Source of the DNA: Cytophagales bacterium
Lineage (GTDB): Bacteria; Bacteroidota; Bacteroidia; Cytophagales; Spirosomataceae
DNA length: 64,000 nt
Direction: 5' to 3'
Assembly: GCA_031411995.1 (NCBI GenBank)
Contig: JANOCD010000057.1
Coordinates: 28,461-92,460, forward strand
The first letter of the stretch is position 1. Every line of letters starts with the position of its first letter. The translations under genes and the position numbers were made by a program. The notes under the pieces were generated by a model, which saw nothing but the letters and a program-made list of their open reading frames with translations, did not search any database and was not told the DNA's origin. This document shows positions 21,101 through 28,627 of this stretch, piece by piece.

Positions 21101-22280
21101 GTATAGGTCTTTTAGCGTGGTAGTGGCCATCGATTTTTATGAAAAACTCCTGTAGCCGCTTAGGGGATATACCCTCTGTTTCGATGGTCGAATAAACCCC
21201 GGCGCGGGCTTTGGCAATGGCGGGTTCGCTCAGGTCGCTGGCAAAAAGCTGAACCCGTTTCTGGTGGTCGCCCAGAAACTCCGTCAAACACATCGCCATC
21301 GAGTAGGCTTCTTCGCCGGTGCTGCAACCCGCCACCCAAATGCGGATGGGGTCAGCGGTGGCCTTGCTGTCGATAATAAGCGGAAAAATCGTTTCGCACA
21401 GGGTCGAAAAGATTTTAGGATCCCGAAAAAACGACGTGACCGGAATCAGCAGATCCTGGTAAAGCGCGTCCTGCTCAGATTTGTTTTTTCGCAGGTAGGT
21501 CAGGTAATCGGCGGGTTGCTCGTTTTTGTTGAGGGCCATTCGGCGCAGAATCCGCCGGCGAATGGTGGTCTGTTTGTAATACGTAAAATCGGTGCCCTTC
21601 CGAATACGCAGCAACGACAGTATTTGCCGAAACACATCCGTAGTCTGATCCTGAAGCGACGGCTCCGCGTCTACCTCCCCGTTGATGATCTTGGTTATTT
21701 CGAGCAGTTTTTGGGGCATTTCTTCCGGCGAAAGCACAAAATCGACCACCCCGGCCTGCACCGCACTGTTGGGCATTCCGTCATACCCTGCCGAGGCTTC
21801 GTCTTGCGCCAACGTAATGCCGCCATGATCTTTAATGGCTTTGAGGCCCTTGGTGCCATCGCTGCCCGTGCCCGATAACACCACGCCAATAGCTTCATTT
21901 TGATGTACCTCAGCCAACGACGTAAAGAAAAGGTCGATGGGCAGGTTAGGTTCTCCTTTTTTGGTGGTGCGGGGACTTAGCTGCAACACGCCATCGTTGG
22001 CCACCATCATTTTGTTGCTGGGCAGAATATAAATGTGGTCAGGCTCCACCTTTATTTCATCGGCTATTTCGAGCACCGGAATTTTTGTGACCTTTTGCAA
22101 CAGGTCGGGCAACAGACTTTCATGGTTAGGGGCCAAATGCTGCACCAACACATAGGCCATGCCCGAATCTTCGGGAATGGCCTTGAGCAATTTCTTGAAG
22201 GCTTCCAGGCCCCCCGCCGATGCGCCTACACCTACCACCGGAAACAGATTCGGTGACAGCGTTTTCTGGCTTTTTTTCAC
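18108..22280 (-). CDS. CheB-CheR-coiled coil-multi-PAS-histidine kinase fusion
   Basis: CheB GASAGG/QHL/SGTGSDG; CheR WVAGCSTGEEAYS, CRNVLIY; PAS folds; HisKA SHDLQEPLRKI; HATPase DNGIGF, GTGIGL; GTG start. Confidence 0.93.
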   Translation of the reverse strand: MKKSQKTLSPNLFPVVGVGASAGGLEAFKKLLKAIPEDSGMAYVLVQHLAPNHESLLPDLLQKVTKIPVLEIADEIKVEPDHIYILPSNKMMVANDGVLQLSPRTTKKGEPNLPIDLFFTSLAEVHQNEAIGVVLSGTGSDGTKGLKAIKDHGGITLAQDEASAGYDGMPNSAVQAGVVDFVLSPEEMPQKLLEITKIINGEVDAEPSLQDQTTDVFRQILSLLRIRKGTDFTYYKQTTIRRRILRRMALNKNEQPADYLTYLRKNKSEQDALYQDLLIPVTSFFRDPKIFSTLCETIFPLIIDSKATADPIRIWVAGCSTGEEAYSMAMCLTEFLGDHQKRVQLFASDLSEPAIAKARAGVYSTIETEGISPKRLQEFFIKIDGHYHAKRPIRDMCVFAQHNFLKDPPFGKVDLISCRNVLIYMESYLQKKALTTFHYALNPKGYLLLGKSETISVVPELFASATKTEKLFTRKDVPGRFMLMASGPSKQDTNATEGNPKNESMRTDFQKTADDIILNKYTPAGVVVNETLDIVHFRGNTGSFLEQAPGKPTHNLLLMAKHGLAFELRNILHKAKKEKSSVTKEAIPVQVNGSLRMVSIEAIPLPNTIDPHYLVLFHETPAANQPPTVSSPKKTTKSRAKNDDKDLLIQQLKKELAQTRDDMRSITEDQEAVNEELQSANEELLSGSEELQSLNEELETSKEELQSTNEELTVVNQEMIGLNEQVTTARDYAEAIIANIREPLLVLDKNLRVRTANSTFYKTFRVNELETEGTLVYDLGNKQWNIPELRLLLEEILPKKKAFNDFELTHTFSTIGERVMLLNAREIHSKTSTEKLILLSIEDITEAARAKEKEQELTNRFRNLVLQASVSIAVFRGDNMIVDIANDAFLGMVDRKEPDFVGKPLFDFLPELKAPFEIELLAMMKTGIPYSINEMEVALNRHGKSAPGYFNFTFQPVRETNGQITGVICVANEVTELVVARKRMEIQTALFEDMLMTSPGIVATLTGPEHTYELVNEQCQSLFGKREIKGKPIMVALPELEGQGFDLLLDTVYTTGEPYVGIEIPVMIARDEGLTPELRYFNFSYQPMYNEHKAIFAILLFGYEVTEQVNAKNKNLQTQKAREKELEKAVAQRTHELREANETLADKNDALLHMNKELESFTYISSHDLQEPLRKIQTLANRILEKESESLTENGKDYFGRMQLAAARMQQLIQDLLAFSRVNTTDRVFETTDLNTIVAEVLTDLEEAIQEKHATVDAVGLGSANIIVFQFRQLMYNLIGNALKFSNAGIPPHISIKSRNIKGSELTNKELLPDKTYCHITVADNGIGFDPQYSERIFGVFQRLHGREHYQGTGIGLAIVKKIVENHNGFITATSKLGKGATFDLYLPVG

Positions 22281-22282
22281 GG

Positions 22283-22744
22283 CTATCGGCGTTTTAACGT
22301 ACTGTTGAGAATAAATTTTTCGGCTGTTGGCCGGGCCTGATCAGTGTTGGCAATCAGGCCAAGCACTTGTCCGATCAACTGTTTAAGTTTGTCAAATTCA
22401 GACGGTTTTTGAATGCAGTATTGAACCCCGTTTTTGAATAGGCGGTCGGCTATATCCTGCCCAAAATAAGTGGAGAGAATAACGACAGGAAGTTGGCGCA
22501 GGTCTTCATGATGCTTTATTTCCAGTAAACATTCAAAGCCATTTTTAAGCGGCATATTGAGGTCCAGAAATAGTACGTGAGGAAGTTCTGCTGACTTTTG
22601 AGCAAGAATTTGCATGAGTTCCTCACCGTCGTGAACTGTGGTCAGGGTGGAGTCTACGGGCAACTCGGCTAAGGCCTGTTTAAAAAAGAGGCAATCGTCT
22701 TCGTCGTCGTCGGCCAAAAGGATGTTAATCAGTGGAGTATCCAT
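22283..22744 (-). CDS. Single-domain response regulator
   Basis: LADDDEDD, FLDLNMP, ILST, QKP; start trimmed to MDTPL. Confidence 0.9.
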   Translation of the reverse strand: MDTPLINILLADDDEDDCLFFKQALAELPVDSTLTTVHDGEELMQILAQKSAELPHVLFLDLNMPLKNGFECLLEIKHHEDLRQLPVVILSTYFGQDIADRLFKNGVQYCIQKPSEFDKLKQLIGQVLGLIANTDQARPTAEKFILNSTLKRR

Positions 22745-22846
22745 TAGCCAGTAAAATACAGAAAACGTGAACTGCAATCTACAACTAATACCCGGACTAT
22801 CAATTCGTTTCGGTAGGTGCCCGGACTATATTACCTGTTTTAAAAT

Positions 22847-23251
22847 CTACACTGCCTCCAGAATAGCATCCATCATTTTGTTATATCCTTCTTTCGTGGC
22901 AGGTTTGGTTTCCACAATGGCGGCCCCCAGTTGAAGGCACTCATCAACCAGTTGCGGTCCCACGTAGGTTGAATAGATGGCAACAGCGATGTTGCCGTAC
23001 TTAGCATTCGATTTGATCGATTCGAGCGTCTCTTTTCCCGACAGTTTAGGCATGTTCTGGTCCAGCACGATCACGTCGGGCAAGTCATCGGATGAGCCAA
23101 TACCATCTAAATAATCAATCACTTCCACACCATTTGTAACGCTGGGAAGCAGGTCTACATCAGGACGATTACTTAAAAAATCGAAGAAAAAAAAAGCGTC
23201 ATCGCTGTCATCTTCCGCCAATAATATTTTATGTTTTAGTTGAGTAGTCAT
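22847..23251 (-). CDS. Single-domain response regulator
   Basis: LAEDDSDD, VLDQNMP, IYST, TKP; start trimmed to MTTQL. Confidence 0.88.
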   Translation of the reverse strand: MTTQLKHKILLAEDDSDDAFFFFDFLSNRPDVDLLPSVTNGVEVIDYLDGIGSSDDLPDVIVLDQNMPKLSGKETLESIKSNAKYGNIAVAIYSTYVGPQLVDECLQLGAAIVETKPATKEGYNKMMDAILEAV

Positions 23252-24530
23252 ATTGAAACACAGGTAGTTTAATACTAAACGTTGCGCCTTCCCCTTCCTT
23301 GCTTTGTGCCTTAATTGTTCCGTGGTGTCGATCAATAATTCGCTTCGTAATGGCTAATCCAATACCTGATCCCTCATAGGCCTCTTTGGTGTTCAGGCGC
23401 TGAAACAGCGAAAAGACTTTCTCGGCATATTGCTCATCGAAACCAATGCCGTTGTCGCTAATTTGAATACAACAATAAGCCGGCTTCGTTTCCTGATTCG
23501 ACTCATTATCTGATTTAAGCTCACCCCGAATAGTCAGTTCAGGTCTCGTATCGGGCCGACTGAACTTTATGGCGTTACTAATGAGATTTTGAAATACCTG
23601 CCTGATTTGGCCCCGGTTCACCTCAATTGTCGGCAGTTCATCTACCCGCACCACCGCTTTTTTTTCCGTAATGAGCAGGTCGAAATCATTCAATACATCC
23701 GCTATAATATCGTTCAGATCGGTCGGGGTAAAAGCATCCGCATTGGTCGACAGCCGGGAGTAAGTCAGAATGTCGACAATCATCGTTTTCATTCGGTTCG
23801 ATGAGTCGATTATCTTCTCCAGATGTTTAACACTGTCGTCGGGCAATTCACCGGTATGTTTGTTTTTGAGCATCCCGGCAAAAATCTGGATTTTACGCAG
23901 TGGCTCCTGCAAGTCGTGCGAAGCCACCGAGGCAAACTGAAGCAAATCATGATTGCTGACTTCCAGGGCCACATTGGTTTGAGCCAATTGCTCAATATTT
24001 TGCTCCAGTAATTGCTGATTGGCCTTCTGCATGGTCAGATCGGTCAGAATCATACTAAGAGAAATACCTTCGTCGAGTTCGAGGGCGTTCACCGAAAGCT
24101 GGCAAGGAATCAGGTTGTGTTGCCCCCGAATGAGTAGTTCGATTTTGTTATCGTCTGTCCACCCTTCCTCGAATAAATCAACAAAGGCTTGAGCTGATTG
24201 TGGGGCAACAAACTCACTGAACGACATCCCAATAACCATCGACAGCGGCAAGCCAACCATCGACGCAAACATGGAGTTGCAATACACAATGAGGCCTGCA
24301 CTGTTGAGTGTTACAGCTCCCTCGTTCATGGTTTCGATGAAAACCCGGTAGGTTTGGTCAGCCGTTTTAAGGGTGTAGAGTTGGTGACCATCTTTCCCCT
24401 CCACCACGAGCGCGTCTACCTGACCCGTTCGAATAGCGTGAATGGTGTCGGTAGCTTCTTCCAACTGCCTGCTCAGATGCTCGTTTTCCTCAATAAGTTG
24501 TTCGTATGTTTTGGTTTCGTTCATCAACAT
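23229..24530 (-). CDS. PAS-domain sensor histidine kinase (Kai-associated)
   Basis: N-terminal coiled coil EEATDTIHAIRTGQVDALVV, PAS, SHDLQEPLRKI, DNGIGF, GSGIGL. Confidence 0.92.
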   Translation of the reverse strand: MLMNETKTYEQLIEENEHLSRQLEEATDTIHAIRTGQVDALVVEGKDGHQLYTLKTADQTYRVFIETMNEGAVTLNSAGLIVYCNSMFASMVGLPLSMVIGMSFSEFVAPQSAQAFVDLFEEGWTDDNKIELLIRGQHNLIPCQLSVNALELDEGISLSMILTDLTMQKANQQLLEQNIEQLAQTNVALEVSNHDLLQFASVASHDLQEPLRKIQIFAGMLKNKHTGELPDDSVKHLEKIIDSSNRMKTMIVDILTYSRLSTNADAFTPTDLNDIIADVLNDFDLLITEKKAVVRVDELPTIEVNRGQIRQVFQNLISNAIKFSRPDTRPELTIRGELKSDNESNQETKPAYCCIQISDNGIGFDEQYAEKVFSLFQRLNTKEAYEGSGIGLAITKRIIDRHHGTIKAQSKEGEGATFSIKLPVFQYDYSTKT

Positions 24531-24844
24531 TACTTCTTGATCCCTAGTCCTGACAACACTCGTTGCGTCTCCGACAAATCGCCGATCATACGCCGTTCGG
24601 GGAGAGGAGCTATTTTTACTAACAAGGGTAAGGCTATCAATTGTTCTTCTTCGGCTAGTTCGGGTTGCTGATGCACATCAATAATTTCGAGTGAGTAATT
24701 GCCGGGGAGGTAGGTCTCGCAGATTTGCTTAAGGTTGGTAATTGCCCGTATCGAGTTTATGGAGGCTCCCGTTATAAACAAGCGCAACACATATTGTTCA
24801 TGCCCGCCGGAGTTATCAACCTGTTTGTCAGCCTGTTCTGCCAT
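24530..24844 (-). CDS. kaiB: KaiB-family protein (second copy)
   Basis: LRLFITG, LEIIDVHQQPELAE, ALPLLVK, MIGDLS. Confidence 0.88.
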   Translation of the reverse strand: MAEQADKQVDNSGGHEQYVLRLFITGASINSIRAITNLKQICETYLPGNYSLEIIDVHQQPELAEEEQLIALPLLVKIAPLPERRMIGDLSETQRVLSGLGIKK

Positions 24845-24845
24845 A

Positions 24846-25151
24846 TCATTTCGTGGCAGGGCGGATATTCAATCCAACCAGCACTTTTTCTTCATTCGAT
24901 AAATCGCCGATGATTTTTCGGATCGGCTCCGGCACTTTCTTCACCAGGGTTGGAATGGCCAGAATCTGATCGCCTTCTGCTAATTGCGGTTGCAGCAGCA
25001 GATCGACCACCTCAATGGTATATTTATCTTTCAAATGCTCTTCACAATACCGCTTCAGATTACTCAGCGCGGTTAACGATTTGGGGGTATTGCCCGCCAC
25101 GTAGAGCCGTAGCTCATATAACTCCTGTTCCTGTGTCATCTTATTCTTCAT
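24846..25151 (-). CDS. kaiB: KaiB-family protein
   Basis: [36 protein letters not shown]. Confidence 0.94.
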   Translation of the reverse strand: MKNKMTQEQELYELRLYVAGNTPKSLTALSNLKRYCEEHLKDKYTIEVVDLLLQPQLAEGDQILAIPTLVKKVPEPIRKIIGDLSNEEKVLVGLNIRPATK

Positions 25152-26853
25152 TGTGCCGGTTGCGGGTCATCTGAGCGCGAGTCTTTTCAATTACTTCGTT
25201 CCGCAACTCATCTTCTACATAACTTCGGTTCAACTCTTCCTGCACCGATTCAAATTCTTCCCGTAAACTAGCAATCCGGGATTCTAGCACGGTGCGTTTG
25301 CGCTCAATTTCACGGTCTTTCCGCCCGACAGCATGAGTGCGCAGCACTTCTCCAGTTTGGGAGAGTAGTTCCTGAGCCTCGCGGGCCGAGCCGGTCAGCA
25401 CACCGTCGGGGCCTAAATACACGTCGACCAGGTCAAGGCCTTTATCCGTAATCACGAATTCGCGCACCTGATTGGAGTGTTTCATTCCCCGAGATTTCAT
25501 CACATATAACCCCCGGTTTCGCTCTCCATTAAACTCAATGTCTTTAATGGTCAGCCAGGCATCCACCAGCGACGAAACACCCTCGTCGGTTTGCTCATTC
25601 AGAACCATTTTCAGGGTTAGGGCCGTAAAAACGACGGTTATTTGTTCGGCCTGCAAAAAGTCGATTAGTCGAATCAGCATTGATTTCACTTCACTCACCG
25701 ACCCCACCGTAATCAGATTTGTGATCGGATCCAGTACAACGGCATGGGGCTTAAATTCCTTAATCACCTTATGAATGGCCACCAGGTGCATCTCCAGGCC
25801 GTTCAGGGTGGGGCGGGCGGCCTGAAAAAGCAGCAAGCCCGCGTCAATATGCCCCTGAAGATCCATGTTGATGGACTTCATATTGCGACAAATTTGCTGG
25901 GGAGACTCCTCAAACGCGAAAAAAACGCAACGTTCCCCCCGCCGACAGGTTTCATCCACAAAACTGGCGGCTATACTGGTTTTGCCGGTGCCGGCAGTCC
26001 CGGAAATCAGCACACTGCTACCCCGGAAAAGCCCTCTCCCATCCAGCATTTTATCCAAAGCGGGTATACCGGATGAAATACGTTCCGACGAAACAGGATG
26101 AGTTAAGGTAAGTGATGTAACGGGCAACACCGAAATTCCCTCTTTATCAATCAAAAATGGGTATTCATTGGTGCCATGCAGCGATCCCCGGTATTTCACT
26201 ACACGCAGCAGACGGGTCGAAATCTGGTTGCTCACCCGGTGATCGAGCAGAATAACGCAGTCCGAAACATATTCTTCAAGACCATACCGGGTTAAGCTTC
26301 CCTCACCTTTTTCGCCGGTAATGATGGTTGTAACTCCTTTATTTTTCAACCACCCGAACAATCGCCGGATTTCGGCCCGCAACACGCCCTGATTGGTCAA
26401 GCCTGAAAACAGATTTTCGATAGTGTCGAGCACCACCCGTTTGGCCCCAATGCTGTCGATGGCATACCCCAGGCGAATAAATAGTCCTTCTAAGTCATAC
26501 TCGCCCGTCTCTTCTATTTCCTGTCGCTCAATATGCACATGGTCAACGCGAATGAGCTTATCAGCCTGTAGTTTATCTAAATCAAAACCCAGCGAAACCA
26601 CATTCATGGCCAGTTCTTCGGCCTTTTCCTCAAAAGCCATAAACACACCCGGCTCGCCAAATTCCAGGGCACCACGCACAATAAACTCAATAGAAAACAG
26701 CGTTTTTCCGCAACCGGCACTTCCACAAATAAGCGTTGGCCGACCTTTAGGGAGTCCTCCACCCGTTATTTCATCTAAACCGTTTATTCCAGTTGGTGAT
26801 TTAGGAAGTGTATGAAGGGGGGCTGTTAATTCAGGAAAAACAGTCAGATTCAT
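25141..26853 (-). CDS. kaiC: KaiC double-domain ATPase, KaiC2-like
   Basis: Walker A GSAGCGKT and GTAGTGKT, catalytic EE in both domains, VSSLVD phospho-site, [14 protein letters not shown], coiled-coil tail. Confidence 0.95.
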   Translation of the reverse strand: MNLTVFPELTAPLHTLPKSPTGINGLDEITGGGLPKGRPTLICGSAGCGKTLFSIEFIVRGALEFGEPGVFMAFEEKAEELAMNVVSLGFDLDKLQADKLIRVDHVHIERQEIEETGEYDLEGLFIRLGYAIDSIGAKRVVLDTIENLFSGLTNQGVLRAEIRRLFGWLKNKGVTTIITGEKGEGSLTRYGLEEYVSDCVILLDHRVSNQISTRLLRVVKYRGSLHGTNEYPFLIDKEGISVLPVTSLTLTHPVSSERISSGIPALDKMLDGRGLFRGSSVLISGTAGTGKTSIAASFVDETCRRGERCVFFAFEESPQQICRNMKSINMDLQGHIDAGLLLFQAARPTLNGLEMHLVAIHKVIKEFKPHAVVLDPITNLITVGSVSEVKSMLIRLIDFLQAEQITVVFTALTLKMVLNEQTDEGVSSLVDAWLTIKDIEFNGERNRGLYVMKSRGMKHSNQVREFVITDKGLDLVDVYLGPDGVLTGSAREAQELLSQTGEVLRTHAVGRKDREIERKRTVLESRIASLREEFESVQEELNRSYVEDELRNEVIEKTRAQMTRNRHNEE

Positions 26854-26961
26854 TAACTGATCGTGTATGATGTTGGGAACTAAGCCCTCCGAAAATGGGC
26901 CTGATTCTTAAAGGTATCACATCTCGAAAAAAGCATCGACACCCATCAACAAAATGTTAGG

Positions 26962-28464
26962 CTACGGGATACTATCACCCGGCTTCTTGGCAGTAAACAG
27001 TAGAGCTTTAATCTGTTCCAGGTCTTTGTCGCGACCCTGTCGGAGATCGTCCAGAGAGTAATTAACCGGATAATCGGGTAAGACCCCCCGCCCGGTATCC
27101 TGCCCTGGCAACGGAAGCCGGATGCGGTAGGCCGGAATTTTCACGATCATTTGGGTGTTGGGCAGTTCCACAAAAAAGCTTTGCCCGGCATTGCACCCAT
27201 ACGCCCCGCCACCCGTTTCGCGACCCACAATTTTAACGTTGGCGTTGAACTGCCGGGCCAGTGCCGGAAAAATAGCTGCTGCCGAAAACGACATCCCATC
27301 GGCCAGAATCAGTATGGGGCCATCGAAGCGGTTGGTTTTGTGCGGTCGCGTAAGCCGGCGATAGGTGGGCAGTTGAAGGTTCCCGTTGTTGTCGCGCCGA
27401 AGCCGGAAATGCAAATCAATGTAGGCAAAGGGACCACTAATCCACGTTTTGGCCCCCTCCACGCGGGCACTGCGCTGATTGGCCACCGTCGAATCCCAAA
27501 ATATAAACGGGCGGTCCACCACGTAGCGCAGCAGATCGCGGCAGGTTTGCGCACTGCCCCCCAGGTTGCCGCGCACGTCGATCACCAGTTGCCGAATATT
27601 CCGTCGTTTGATTTCGTCAAAAACGGTGGCAAACGACCGACGCATAGGCCCGTCGCCGAACCGTTCCAGTTTCAGGATGGCCACCGCCGAATCCTGCCTG
27701 ACAACCGACAGCCGCATGCCCCGCCGGTCGAGCACGGTGCGGGTTGGCAGGGCCAGTTTTTGCCGCCGAATGGTGTCGGCTTTCGCATTACGGGCCAACC
27801 GCCGTGCCGACATTGGCCGCGCCAAAATGGACACGGTTCTGACTCGTCCGCTCGAATCACGCAGGCCAACTGTTAAGGTGTCGCTGAATCCAAACGTAGC
27901 CCGATAAAGGGCCGGAAAAACCACCGACAGCATACCATCCTGGGCTGCTTTGGTGTATCCATCGCCCCAAACCATTGGTTTGAACTGCCGGATCAGGTCA
28001 ACGGCTGTGTGATTATCGAGGCTGGTAATTTCTTCAAAAGCCGCCACTCCGGTTGTTTGCAGGGGCCGCGTGGCCACAAACATTCGTTCGCCTTTCACCA
28101 ACACCGAAATAGGTAACGGAGGCTGACGGAGTTGCTTCAGGTAGCGTTGGCGTTCTTTAGAATTTGTCAGGCTGGTGTGGGCGCACCGAATCTGTCCAAT
28201 GTAGGGGCGAATAATGAGTCCGAACTCCACATCGCGCATAGGCTGATTCATTTTAGCCATTGTCTGACCATACAAAAGGGCCAAACTATCGGGTGTGTTA
28301 TACCGGTATAAGCCGGGGTGCAGTTCGGAGAGTGCCCGTTGCAGGGCGTCAAAATCCTGTCGCAGTTCATCGGGGCTGAACTGGCGATAGGGGTTATAAT
28401 CGGTTGACTGGGCAACCGAACAAACAGAACTCAAAGTCAACAAAAACGTGAGTAGGTGCTTCAT
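26962..28464 (-). CDS. S41-family peptidase, secreted
   Basis: HPGLYRY, IRCAHT, IDVRGNLGG, SFSAA, GRETGG, GVLPD. Confidence 0.88.
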   Translation of the reverse strand: MKHLLTFLLTLSSVCSVAQSTDYNPYRQFSPDELRQDFDALQRALSELHPGLYRYNTPDSLALLYGQTMAKMNQPMRDVEFGLIIRPYIGQIRCAHTSLTNSKERQRYLKQLRQPPLPISVLVKGERMFVATRPLQTTGVAAFEEITSLDNHTAVDLIRQFKPMVWGDGYTKAAQDGMLSVVFPALYRATFGFSDTLTVGLRDSSGRVRTVSILARPMSARRLARNAKADTIRRQKLALPTRTVLDRRGMRLSVVRQDSAVAILKLERFGDGPMRRSFATVFDEIKRRNIRQLVIDVRGNLGGSAQTCRDLLRYVVDRPFIFWDSTVANQRSARVEGAKTWISGPFAYIDLHFRLRRDNNGNLQLPTYRRLTRPHKTNRFDGPILILADGMSFSAAAIFPALARQFNANVKIVGRETGGGAYGCNAGQSFFVELPNTQMIVKIPAYRIRLPLPGQDTGRGVLPDYPVNYSLDDLRQGRDKDLEQIKALLFTAKKPGDSIP

Positions 28465-28627
28465 AGGAAGTTATACTACAAAAAAAACTGAACCCAGCCA
28501 CAATCCAAAAGATTCCCACCCATGTACTACTGAAAAGACCGCAAAATCAAGTTCTCTGCAATTTAATAAATTGATAAACAGCATTTCCCGGGATGTGTTT
28601 ATATTGGCCTGATTATCAACCCTCGTC

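Noticed and set aside
25141-26853. True self-sustained circadian clock
   Set aside because: No kaiA in the window and KaiC has KaiC2-type features; at most a timer can be proposed
18108-26900. Kai-cheBR region as a horizontally acquired island
   Set aside because: Parts look AT-richer by eye, but no integrase, tRNA or att repeats were seen and GC could not be computed
12432-28464. Two S41 peptidases as a duplication flanking the Kai region
   Set aside because: They share family motifs only, are highly diverged and enclose pgk
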